From Camelus ferus (lineage: Eukaryota): a stretch of 64,000 bases of DNA. The translations under genes were made by a program, and so were the position numbers. Under the pieces are notes generated by a model, which saw only the letters and a program-made list of their open reading frames with translations, did no database searches and was not told the origin of the DNA. Positions 49,551-62,085 of the stretch are shown here, piece after piece. The stretch lies in the NCBI RefSeq assembly GCF_009834535.1, contig NC_045707.1:59088001-59152000 (forward strand), read 5' to 3'. Within the stretch, counting starts at the first letter, position 1, and each line of letters begins with the position of its first letter.

Positions 49551-49990
49551 ATAGTTTATTAACTTCCTGGAAAAGAGAAAATTTCAGAAGGATTTAAGAG
49601 TTAGAAAGAGTGAGTTTATGGCGGTTATGCTAATTAAGAATTGAAAATTTGCACTCCAGATATGACTCAAATGAGTTTACATGTTTGAACACAGTTAATT
49701 AAAATGGGCTCCATTGTTCAATGTTCAGGAAAGTCTTCATTTAATTCAAGTAAAAGTCTGGTACCCCAGAGTCTCTCAAACTTCATTACCCTTTATCAGA
49801 TTCCGGTGACTTGAGCCTGTTACAGTGAAACAAACATTTGGTTTGGACAGCCCTAGACAAATGCTACCATAAGTGGTAAGTTTCCCTTTTACAAGTACCT
49901 GTGGAATATCGGATTTTCAGCACTGAGACAACAGACACAACGCTACATATACATATATTATTCCTAGGGTGAATTTTCTTTCTTTCTTCC

Positions 49991-50015
49991 TTTTTTTTTT
50001 TTTTTTTTTTTTTTT
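49991..50015. repeat. Poly(T)25
   Basis: Direct reading. Confidence 0.9.
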
Positions 50016-50217
50016 GCTTTCTTCATTGTAGAAAAAAAGCATTTCTTCTGTAAAAATATGCATTTAATTTTAGGTGGAAAGTATAACTGTTTATTCACTG
50101 TTTAATGTGTTCCACTGTAGGTGATGCCAGACTCAATGCTTTTTACCTATTTTTTTAATTGGCTGGAATTTTTTCTTATTGCCTCATTCTCTATGTTACC
50201 TTCTTCCATTTGGTTAC

Positions 50218-50693
50218 TTTTTAAAACTTATTTACTTATTTTTTAATTGAAGTATAGTTGATTTACAATGTTGCATTAGTTTCTTGTATATAGCATTTCT
50301 TATCTATATATATATACTTTTTCATTATATTTTTTCATTATAGGTTATTGTAAGATATTGAATATACTTCCCTACAATATATAATAGGGTCTTGTTGTTT
50401 ACCTATTTTATATATAATAGTTTGTATCTGCAAATCTGAAATTCTTAATTCATACTTCCCCCCACCTTTCCTCTTTGGTAACCGTAAGTTTGTTTTCTAT
50501 GTCTGTGAGTCCCTTTTTGTTTTGTAAATAAATTCATTTGTATCATTTTTTTTAGATTCCACATCTAAGTGATATCAGAGAGTATTTGTCTTTGTCTGAC
50601 TTAATTCACTTAGTTTGATAATCTGTAGATCCATCCATGTTGATGCAAATGGCATCATTTCATTCTTTTTTATGGCTGAGTAGCACTCCATTG
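50218..50693 (-). mobile_element. Artiodactyl-type L1 ORF2 end + 3'UTR + A-rich tail (half B)
   Basis: The reverse complement begins caatggagtgctactcagccataaaaaagaatgaaat and ends aaatcaactatacttcaattaaaaaat. Confidence 0.9.
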
Positions 50694-50744
50694 AGTTATC
50701 CTATCTTACATTTGTTGATTTCTTTCTTGGATTATTTCCTGCAT

Positions 50745-50930
50745 ACATATCATTTCTAATATGTTTGTATAGTAAGAGTCTTTCAACAAGCTGATTGATA
50801 TTAAATAGGGGGAGAGCACATCTGTTATGTAATACACTTATGTATGTCTAGCTGAAAGATTAACCTATTCAAACCTACGTAGGCTACCAGTTATCAACAT
50901 CTCTTAACAATCAGAGGTTATTTCACTTCA
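50745..50930 (-). repeat. Right copy of the ~190-bp inverted duplication
   Basis: Reverse complement agtgaaataacctctgattgttaagagatgttgataactggtagcctacg...attagaaatgatatgt aligns to 47472-47665. Confidence 0.95.
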
Positions 50931-51329
50931 CCCTTTACTCAGTCAACATCTGCTGAGAAACAAATAAGTGTTAGACACTCTGCTAAATACTAGGTATGTT
51001 CACATGGATCCATGTTTCTTTGAGGCTCTACAATAAGACAACCATGAAGCAAATTATTATGTCAAATTTCTTATTTGCTCCATTTATTCTCCAGGCCAGA
51101 TCCCTCAACTGCTGGCTCTTCCCAGTGGAATTTGTTAATTGCCAAGGATTAAGGTTGAGCAATTACAAGTAGTTACTAGAGGACTCAGAGATATCTAATA
51201 ATATTCATATTTGTAAACAATATATTAGACTTCATTCTACTTATCAGAAAATGAGAAACCTAAACTTGTGGATATGTCCTAGCCTAGCAGCTAACTTTTA
51301 GCCTTGCAGACCATTGAAATATTATCCTT

Positions 51330-51492
51330 TGTCACTCAAATTTTGATCCACAGACTTGCAACATCAGCATTACTTGGGATTGTATTAGAAATGTAGAATC
51401 TAAGGTGATCCCCAGACCGACTGAATCACAATGTGCATTTTCACAAAATCCCCAGGTGGTTTGTATGTCCATGGAAATTTAAGAAGCTGCTG
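51330..51492. mobile_element. MER5-like hAT-Charlie MITE
   Basis: gcaacatcagcattacttggg...attagaaatgtagaatc...ccccagaccgactgaatcacaat...tgcattttcacaaaatccccaggtg...aatttaagaagctgctg. Confidence 0.8.
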
Positions 51493-53869
51493 TAAATCAC
51501 TGTGACTTTCTGAGCCCTTCTTTGTAAGTGATTAAAGCTCTTTCCTCCATATGGTCATATTACCAATTTCAGCAAAAAACTGAAACAGAGGTAAAAGAAA
51601 TATAATTTTGAATCCACAGAGGCCAGTATCAGGCTTTGTTAGACACTGTAGATCAATCTAGGGTTCTATGGAATGGTGGCAAAGATAAGTGGCAAAATCA
51701 TTTAAAAGTTTTGCCACCTGTTGACATTACTGAAAATGCCTTCAGAGCAATTTGAAATCCTCATACAAGAATAATGTAACCTGCCAGTCAGAAGCCTTTT
51801 GAACACTGGTAACTAATTGATGTTCAGCCCTCCAGGCATCAAAAGCAATTATTGTGCTACCTGGGGTGCAATTTAACTGGAAGCTGACATATTGAAGACA
51901 GAGAGAATCACAAACAGTAAAGTCAAGAAGAAGTCCATTTCGAGGGAAAGCATCTTTCAGCTCTGGAGCACACAGGACACTGGTCCAATGATGGGAGCTC
52001 TGAACCATGCTGCTGATCTGTTGCAAAGATGAAATAAACAAACATGAAACCTATAATACTATGCTTAAGTATGTATGATGTGTAATACAGTTTACAACAG
52101 AATTAGTACTGAGACCACACTAAAAAAAAATTTTTTTTTTAAGCTAAGAACTTATTTGCCACTATGTAACCCTATGAAAAATAATCTGGGGCCTGTGTTT
52201 CAGCAAGTGCAAACTTGGATGCTGGCTCTTACTAATACAGTTTGTTAATTGTCCAGCGTTGAGGTTTAGCAATTATGAGGATAGTGTGAAGATGGTATAT
52301 ATGCAAATGCTTTGTAGACAAAAATCTGACATCACATTATTATCTATGTTTAGCCAAAACTATCCTTTTTATTTTGAAATTTAACGTAATTTTTCTGTAA
52401 AATAAGTCTCATTATTTTAGAAATTGCAGCCGAAAACTGTGTAAATGTCAGGCAACTCTGTTATTTACTCTGCAATTGTCCAGCAATGCATGTATCCACA
52501 ATAACGTTCCTACATTCACTCAATAGAATGTCTATACTGCTTTTTTCTGCTGTTCCCAGTTGCCTCAAAACAGAAATAACATCATTTACATGACACATAA
52601 ATCACTTCCACCCACAAATCTCTTTACTTTTGAATCCTTAGGCAAGTGTGATTTAAAGTTCTCACAGCTCTTTTTTTAGAAAAATGAACACAAACAATAT
52701 ATATGTAGTATTATAGTCACTGCCTCCAAACTATAAAATAAATTTACTGAAGCACAATCTACTGATGTCATATGGAGACATCTGAAAAGTATGTGATTAG
52801 TTATTGTTACGCTTTTAAAGAATATTCTATCAGTTTCTTTTGTTGCTTTACATACACATATACATACATATGCATATGCATATAACATCTAAAACTTTCT
52901 TCCTGCTAACTCTTGGTAGCATCACTTGTACCTAGTGGGCACAGACTGACTGCTTGTTCAATAACCCAATTCCCTTTCCTCCTGGACATACGGCTGGAAT
53001 TCATTTCAGATTGTGATAGCCTCAGAAATGTGCAATCGATGGCAGAAAGTAGACGCTGTCAGCTCAGACTCCTGGATGACTCCTGGAGCAGAAACCCCCT
53101 CTACTGCCCGGACGTCACACATTTCCCTCCCCCCACATTCTATACACTCATCCTCCCCTCACCGTCAACACACAAACTGCCCATTGGGATTTATGTGGGC
53201 AAGAAGTCGACGACCACTGAGATTTTGAAATTTACTTGGCAGTATCTCTAGCATTGCTCTCTCTAATATAGAATAAGCATGCATCTGAGAACAGTATTTA
53301 TAAATCTCAAGACATTCTTTTTTATTAGTTGTTTTCCCTAATCTCACCCCCTCCCTACCACATACAAAAAAAATTTTTTTTTAATATGGAGGAAAAATGG
53401 GAACAAGAAAGGAAGAATAAAGAATAAGAGCATAGACATTACAGGGAAGGGAGATGTGTGAGCACAAAGAGGCTTCATCTTGTCCAGCTGGTTACCTAGG
53501 GGCAGACTATGTGTCCGAATCTCAGTAAAGGTCAGTTTTAGAATTCAACTCTGAATTTAGGGTCATCCTCTGTTGCTCACACTCAGGTGGTGCTCTCACT
53601 CCTCTCCTCATCCGTCCAGTCTAACTGGCCATTCACCAAACCTGTCTCCGCCACCACATAGCAACAGGATCCCCTCCCCGAGTTTGCCATGCACTCTAGA
53701 GGGCAACCACTTCACTCCTGGTGCCCTGTTAATGACATCCATCTTGATTATAGTAATTATAGAAACATTATAGTAATGTTTCTTTTAATCCTCTTGGATC
53801 TGGTTTTCCATTCTTCCTTGGAGAGTTGTTTTTTCTATACCTCTCAATATGAATGAAAGAGTGATTCGG

Positions 53870-54820
53870 ACAATTATTGGGGACCTACTGGTTTCTAGTA
53901 CTATACTTGGCATTGAGGACATAGGAAAATAAGATGCGTCCACCTGTGGGAAGCTCTCAGTCTTCTATACTTAGCCAGGTATAAAATCTATTCCCGCCAG
54001 TACAAGGTGATGAGTTCCCATACTGGAGGTTTATACACAGATCTTTGGAAACTCAGATGAAGATAAAGTCATTCAGGACAGAAGAACCAAGGAAAACTAT
54101 AGGAGGTGGTATTTGTGCTACACCCTTAAAATGGGTAAGAACTTATAAAGCAGAGAAGGAACTAGAAGTATGTCCTGGGAATATGGAGGAACATAAGCAA
54201 AGGAACAGGAATAAGAGGCCCAAGTTACACTCTCGTCAAGCAAGAGTACATACTGGTAGAGGGCGAGAGGATTGGAGTTTGCTCTGAAAAATGTTTGTGG
54301 CAGGGTGTTCAGAGCCTTGACTGGCATGTTAATAAAACTCTGGAAGAATTGGGTGTGTGCTACAGATAGGTGTCTTAGGTTCTTTGGCACAGAAAGGTAG
54401 ATAATGAGAAATAGAGGAAGAGTGTCAATTAGAAGTTGATTTCAACAATCCACAGAAAGATGGTAACAGCACGGTCAATAGTAGTAGCAGGAATGGGGTC
54501 AGTGAGGAGTGCACAGACAGTATTTATGATATAGACTAGACAGGATATGCCCATATAAAAGAGTCAAAGATGAGTAGGTAACTTCTACACAAGGTAGAAA
54601 ATTAAGGAATCACTAGCAATGAGTGGATGAAGCCAGGTGAACTGATGAACTTTCTTTGAATGGCATGTAGAGTGTGAAAGGAGGTCAACCAGACGTTCAC
54701 CAGGTAGCTCAGCATGATAGGAACCATCAGTATTCAACGTCTCTGACGTTAAGTGAAAAGAAAGTCTATACAAGAAGGAAAGGATAGGTAGCATTGTTTC
54801 AAGTGATGTCAAGAGAACAG
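53870..54820 (-). mobile_element. Decayed L2
   Basis: attattggggacctact...ggcattgaggacatagg...gaagctctcagtct...agagtcaaagatgag. Confidence 0.6.
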
Positions 54821-55829
54821 TATGACCTATGGTAAGTTTTACTTTTTCATGCATGCTACAAGTATGTGTCTATATTATGACCAAGGGAAATAAATTATTA
54901 ATATATTTTGAAGGGATTAGATTTCCCTTATACATAGATACATTTCACAGTTAATTTCCTGGTAAAACTGCCATTTTTTTCCCCTAATGCAGAAAAATAT
55001 TTACACCATAAGACTATGTATAGAGTAGGAGGAACCTGGTACACTGAAGACTTAAAAGAATTATCTACTGCCCAAGGCCAGACCTAAGCAAAGAGAAAAC
55101 ATTCCCAAAATGCTACTTCAGTTGTTCCTAAGTAATACTTATACTTTCTACTTTCAAATCTCTGAGACCATAAAAAATTAAAATAAATGTTCTGTGTCTG
55201 TCATTAATATCTTCATTAAATTTCTGAACCACCAAGTTATTTCAACCAGACATCAAGGTAATGCTATGCTAAAGTACACTATAAACACAATGGAACAGAA
55301 TTTAAAATCTTTTAAACGCATCAAGGAATAGTAGGAAATTCCCAGCAACACATCTTAGTAAATTTGAATTCAAGGATAAAATATAAATATGAAGATAATT
55401 AATGCAAAAGCAGATCTAGAATGCTAGTAAGTAGTAAATAAGATTTGAGTGAAAGATGCAATTTATCAATAGAAAAGTCTCTAAAAATGAGTGTAAGTAG
55501 TCATAAATTACAACAGATGAGATTTAGATTATAAGAATTATAATGGTCTTTTTTTGGCCATTCTAATTTTAAATATAAATTAAAACTGCCTCCCTAGAGA
55601 TATTTAAGAGAGTAGATGTCTCTGACTTAGGAATAGAATACATTGTAAGCATCTCTAAATTACTTTCCAGTTAGATTTATCAGCTATCTAATATAATGAT
55701 TTTAAAACACTTGTATTCCTTCTCCTTCCTGAACACTCCTATTTCCAGAATATGTTGAGCTGCACCTGCAGGCTTACCTAAAAATAAATTTAAAACTCCA
55801 AAAAGAGAATATTCTTTTTCTTCCCCAAA

Positions 55830-56680
55830 GAAATTTGTCATTTAGGCTATATTTCCAATTTCTCTTAGATTTTTTTCACTTATATATTCTACTTAAGCCT
55901 CAAAATATACCAAACTTAATTCCCTTTCCCAAATTCTGTTTATTTTTCTGGCTTCCTTAATTCTATTACTGATTCCAGGATCAAGTCATTTTTGACTCCT
56001 TCCTCTCTTTACCTTCAATTCCTAATTATTGACCAAGTCCTACTGAATCTGATTCTACATTTCCTTCTCATATCCTGCACTTATTCAGAATCTCTTTACT
56101 ATTCTCCCAAAATGTTGTCCTAGTTTCCCAACTTAACTCATTCAGAATCTCCCCATTCCAATCCCTGCTGGGTCTTATTGTCAGATTAATATTACTGAAG
56201 CTCATTTCTGACCATGTAAGTCTTTTGTTCATAATTTCCAACAGCTCTCCATTGTCTCCAAATGTCTTTGCCTGGTATTCCATATTTCCTAAATGATTTT
56301 TTTTTTCCAATTTTATCCCCATTACTTCCTTTTATGCACCACAGTTCCCAGTTACAGCAAAATATTGCTTCTTATCCTTTGATTTAATACTTCTATGATC
56401 TGCTCATGTCTTGTGCTAGTAATGCCCCACCTGCATATCCACCATTAACCCAAACCACGTAACCAGCTCTTCCTTCTCTCCATCACATTCCACCCCTTTA
56501 GAACTCAGAAATCTCTTCTCTTCTAATAATTCTTTTCTTTTTAATTTTCTAAGTTACACTCATCAGTTTCACCATTATTTTACCAAAGTCAGCTTTATCA
56601 TTATTCTGTGTACCTATCTCACCTGCAACAGTTAAAGCTCCTTTAAGAGGGGGCACGTGATTCATCCTTGAAATAGGGGA
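55830..56680 (+). mobile_element. Decayed L2
   Basis: agtcatttttgactccttcctctc...attgaccaagtcctactgaatct...tctgaccatgtaagtcttttgttcataatttcc. Confidence 0.65.
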
Positions 56681-59224
56681 TTCCTAGTATTTCCTTATTA
56701 AATATGAATTTTGTGTGAGTATAAAATGACTTCTGCTTCTTATTTAAGGTGGAACATTGCATCACTTCAAGCAGCCAAAGTACAGTCATGAAGCAATACG
56801 ACATCAGTATTAGCACATTTAGGGTTTTAGCAGCATCAAGATTTATGAAAAAAATCTAAGATAATTAGTACTCCAACTTTTGAGGGGAGAGATTCCTGAG
56901 AAGTGAAGTAATGCCTCCAGATCTCAGAGGATGGGTCTTGGAAGACACCGGTAGGTCAGGAGTAATGTACCATGCTCACCTTCGATTTGTTTGACTTTAT
57001 TCTTGCCACTCTACCTATGGTGAAGTGATCGAATTTCTTCCACAAGAGACTATAACTATCAACTTGCAATGGCTTAAAAACAGAGATAATCAAATAAAGG
57101 CCAGAAGCTTTGTAATAGTCTGGTAAAATGAAGTTTCTGAGTGGAATTATTCTTTCTAATACTTGAGCAGCATTAGTGAAACAAGGACCTTGAAGATGGT
57201 GCTGAGAACAGACAGGAAGGAACAGAATAGCTTCCAAGGAGGATTTTTAGGAGTTAAAGGAGAAGAATGGGAGATAAAGATGTAGACTGCAGTTAAAGAA
57301 AAATTTTGAAAACTGAGAGATACAGAGTCAGTTCACAGCCCTACCATTTACTGGCTGCAGATATATGACCGTAAGTTTCCTTAGGTATAAGGATCAAATA
57401 AGGTAAGTACTGAGTACACTAAAATGAGAGCAATGATTCGTACTCCAAAGGTCGTTCTGAGGATCAAATGAGATAATTATCTAGTATAGTAACAATTAAT
57501 TCTTGGGAAGCTATTACTGTAGGAATCATTATAGCATTAACATGGATATAGACTTGGAATGAGATCCTAGTTTTGTCCTCATTAGCTTGTGAATTTAGAG
57601 AAATAGCCAAACCCACCTTAAGCCTCGCTTTTATCATGTGGACAGGGCCCTGGTAAAGGATTAAATGAAACAATGCACTTTTTATATACTTGTCAATTGC
57701 CCCTTGAAAGTCAGATAAAATTGGTTAGAATTCCCATGCAATACCCTATGAACAATCCAACACCTTCACCAACACATGTACTACATTTGGGGGTAAGTCG
57801 GGAGGAAAAGGGATACAAGGGTAATATTTAATGTCACTAAAGAAGACATTTATTGAAGTTATGCTTTTTCTTATCTAATACTCCCCTAAAAGGGCAAATC
57901 AAGTTTTACCCTGAGCATGTAAATTTTCTTTAGCAGGTAACTTTTCTCCCTATAGTATAAGTAAATGGCATGTTAATATGCTCTGCTATTTGGAGCAAAC
58001 ATTCTATAAATTTAAAATATATATATTTATGATAGAACACAGTCCAAATGGATAAATATTTTACTTTAGTAAACTTATTCCCTTATGTATAAAACAAAAA
58101 CTGTTAAACTAACAGATATCAGACTCCCTCTCCTATGTCAGAACTGAGGACATAAACCAGTGAGAGACATTCACCTGTTGTTTCTAAAGAAACAGCCTAA
58201 GAGAAATTCATCAACCTTTGTTGTGGGGAGAGAGGTGTGTTTGAGTTGAAGGTGGGAAAGGCTGTCAGTGAAAACTCTGGACAATTACAGAAAGGAGTTA
58301 CTCGGGTTGACCATATATTCATTGCTTTCTTATGACCCACTGACAGGCTGGTATCTCCAGAGTCAAAAATGGAAACTCCCAAGACTGTGCCATGGTCTAG
58401 AAGCTTGGTCCATCCCTAGGGGAAGCACACCAGACTCATGAGAGCCTTCTACCCTTGGGCAAAAGATGGAGGAATGGAGAGTCCAGGTGTATGATGTCAT
58501 TGGTATGATTTCCTTTTTCGATCTCTCATTCAATAAACAAACTTTTTAATAGTTTCTGATAATGGTATCATGGGATGTTAGTGGCTAACACTGGAATCAA
58601 CTATGAATTTGTTATGGTTAGCTATAGGTGATGTTCTACAGTATTTTCCCCTGGCTTCTATTTCTGACTACTATTTACATTCCTTTACCTCTGCTATATA
58701 GCATTATCCTCAACTCCAATCTTTGACTTCAAAAAAAAATTGCAACCATAAAATTAAAATCAACGGCAGATACTAAAGCAATGAAACAAAACAATATTTA
58801 CCAAGGTGTCTATGTGACTGAAAGTTTGGAGGAAACGAATATGGTTTTACACCAGAGGGACAAAAACATCTTTAAATTGATTGTTATTTATTGCCCTTGG
58901 GCCACTCTGAGATTTAGGGATTCCATGTAACCCATTCCTCCTCTCTCATCTCTTTCGTGACAAAAGCAAAAACATACAGACATAAACCCAATAATGATAC
59001 TACCTTCCATTTCCTAATGCAGAGCAATTTGGCTCTGCATTGCCCCTGCTGTCAGCTCAGGTCAGCGCTTCCCTTTACATGTCCAGAAATTCAGCAGAGG
59101 CTTTGAAATGACTGCTTTGAAGAGCCTGGTTAACTTCTTGGACCATACAAAGTGTTTCATCTTTTTTTATCTATAACCATCTGAGAAAATGGAGGATTGA
59201 AGCTAAAGAAGAATTATTACTTTG

Positions 59225-59402
59225 TACCAACACTGGTCTAAGAACCATGAATATATTAACTCATTTAATTCCACATTTCTCCTATAAGATTGGCATTATT
59301 ATTACTTTTTTTTTTTTTTTTTGCAGACAAGGATGCTGCACAATGGAAAAAAATGAAAGAACGTGCCCACTGTTACCCAGCAAGAAAGTGGTAGAATTAG
59401 GA
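59225..59402 (-). mobile_element. MIR SINE
   Basis: gtaccaacactggtctaag...atattaactcatttaattcc...gcagacaaggatgctg...aacgtgcccactgttacccagc. Confidence 0.7.
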
Positions 59403-59644
59403 AGAAGGTAGATTTTTTTCAGTCAGTGTAGGCTAAATTTTGCTATAAAAAAATTAATCAATCAGTAAATCAATTCAGAATTTCAGTAACTTGATCCAAT
59501 AGTCTTTGGCACCAGCTTACTGGAATTTGGAAACAGCAAATCATATTGAAATGTAAGCCTGTGAGTGAGCTTGATTTTAAGAAATCCCTATTATGTGTAG
59601 CCACAATTCCCAGGTACCTGCTTACTTACCATTTGAAAATAACT

Positions 59645-60016
59645 TTTTTTTTCACCTTTTCATTTTTTATTGAGGTATAGTTGCTGTACATTATTTAAGT
59701 TACAGGTGCACAATACAGTTATTCACAATTTTTAAAGGATATACTCAATTTATAGTTACTATAAAATACTGGTTATATTCCCTGTGTTATATATCCTTAT
59801 AGTTTATTTATTTTCTTATTGACGTGTAGTCAGTTTACAGTGTTGTGCTAATTTCTGATATACAGATAGTGATTCATTTACACACACACACACATATATT
59901 TCTTTTCATATTCTTTTCCATTATAGGTCATTACAAGGTATTGAATATAGTTCCCTGTGCTGTACCATAGGACCTTGTTACTCTATTTTATATATAGTAG
60001 TTAGTGTCTTCAATGG
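59645..60016 (-). mobile_element. Two stacked L1 3'-end fragments (one nested in the other)
   Basis: Two successive L1 tails (ttttattgaggtatagttg... at ~59665 and ttattgacgtgtagtcagtttacag... at ~59816), with an outer TSD gaaaataact at 59635-59644 and 60017-60026. Confidence 0.8.
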
Positions 60017-60134
60017 GAAAATAACTCTCTTAATTATGCAAAAGTGGAATGATTCTTTGCTTCCTCACCCACAGAGTCACCAGAGTATGGCACAGAATTA
60101 CCACAGCAAAGCTAACCTTGTAGAAAACAAGACT

Positions 60135-60500
60135 GTGCACAGTATTGAAAAGACTGTGCTGGGTTCAAATCCCAGCTCCATCACTGACTGCAGATGAGGT
60201 CTTATGTTAGTTACTGAGCTCTTCTGGGTTTCAATTTTATCATCTTCAAAATGAGGATAATGACACTCTCCCAAAAGGACTGCTGTCAAGAATAAATAAG
60301 TAACATGCTAAGTGGATAGGAAATTTGTTTGGGGGATGCAATTGTCTTAGGTTCAAATTCTAGCTCTGACATCTAATGTGTGTACAACATGAGGGCACTT
60401 ACTAATTTCCTAACAAGTGGAATGGCAATAATAATACCACCATGAATCTCACAGAGTTATGGGAAGTTCACAGATAAAATACAGAAAAGTTTTAGTTGAA
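60135..60500 (+). mobile_element. Two tandem MIR SINEs
   Basis: ctgggttcaaatcccagctccatcactgact...tttatcatcttcaaaatgaggataatga, then taggttcaaattctagctctgac. Confidence 0.8.
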
Positions 60501-61699
60501 CAACTGACCTTAGAGGCAAAGTCCATGATATTTCTAAATCTTTTTTTTTTTTTTGAGTTATTATTAATTATGCCTGACTTCAATCAGCTTAAGCCTCAAA
60601 CAAAATAACCACACATCATTCATCTCTTTTAAATCCCTCCCCTGACTCACCAGTGCCTTCTGTGCAACATTTTAATTTCGGTTCCTAGCGTTTCATGTAT
60701 CTGCACAGCAGGTAACCTAAGGAGCTCTTAGTCCTTCCTGTATGGGTTTCTGGGTACAAGGAGGTCTCAGATCATTAAGGCATATAGTATACTAGATGCT
60801 GTATAGAAAATTGAGAAAACCAGTTCCTGCAATCTGACTTCTCAAATTGATTTCGTTATATAACACAGAATTGATTGCTCGGTTTCCCCATCATTTTTTT
60901 TTCTTGCTCAGACACTCAGATGCCCTACTTCCATTTTTCTGTCTCTTCACATCTTTCTACAGCTGTCTTAATTGGAATAGCTCTGGAGCTTAATTAAAAC
61001 AATGAGTATCTAGTTTATACAATTTGTCCAGGTGAACAGTATAACCTTGTAGTGATTATTTATTGATGTGAGCATTAAACTCATGCACTTTCAACTGCAG
61101 AAGGCTAAACAACATTTCCCTTTTAAGTATCTTGATACCCCTGTTGAAGAACTGAATTGATATAAGAAGACAAGAACAATATGACAATCCTCTAGGTCTT
61201 AACTGTTACAGCCTAATGAGAAGGAAGAAGTCAAATACCATCCACATAAATCTCTGGTGCATCTTCAGAGCATCAGACTTTCTTTTTTTAAGCATGTTTT
61301 ACTGATTATTTTAAAAAGGTATTATTACTAATTTAAGTAAACATGTTATGCTTATATCTTATTTGTGTTGGTTATTACAGTTAGCTGCATAGTGATAATA
61401 CATTTAATTTTGCAACAAATATTTGAACTAGGTATTAACTAGTTACTTGGATAACAGAAGAGGCTCTGTGTCCTAAGGGAGGACTAAAAGATGAGAAGAA
61501 ATTTTCAGGGAAGGTAGAAGAATTTTTCAAACTTAAAGGAACATGATGGCCAAAGACCTTAGGGCTGAAGTGGCAAAGAGTGGTTTGATCCCCTAAGACC
61601 CTGGGTTCCATATTTAAGAATCCGGATCTTTATCTTAAATGAAGTGACCCTCAAAGTCATCCAGTAGGAAAAGGTTTAAAGGACCAGAAAACTCATAAT

Positions 61700-62085
61700 T
61701 TATAACAAAGCATGGCTATTAAAGCAAGGTACCTCAGCATGCAAAGGAACACATAAAAAGTCCCCTAATGTCCACCTGGGGTGTCAGGAAAGGGTCATCA
61801 GAGAAAGTGATGTTGATCCCAAGACCTGAAGGTCAAGGAAGCAAGGTGAAGAAATAGGAAGGATGTTGCTCATAGAAGGAAAAACATGCAATGGCAAAGG
61901 GAGAGCTGGAAACAAGAGGTCTGCAGTTATGCAGTGGGCAGTGTGCGGGGTGGAGAGCAGAAGTCTGAAGAGAGGCAAGAGATGAAGTGGGATGGGTGAG
62001 AAAGGTCTGAACCAGGATGGCCTTTAACCACCACAGAACTGTTCAGTTGATTCTAGCGCCAGAGGGAATAATTAGGGGAATATCT
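61700..62085 (-). mobile_element. L2 fragment
   Basis: ggggtgtcaggaaagggtcatcagagaaagtgatgttg...acatgcaatggcaaaggg. Confidence 0.6.

Noticed and set aside
46811..50693. Twin-priming L1 inversion as the explanation for the two L1 halves
   Set aside because: Twin priming leaves the halves adjacent with the poly(A) pointing outward. Here they are ~2.8 kb apart, the tail points inward, and older repeats lie between them.
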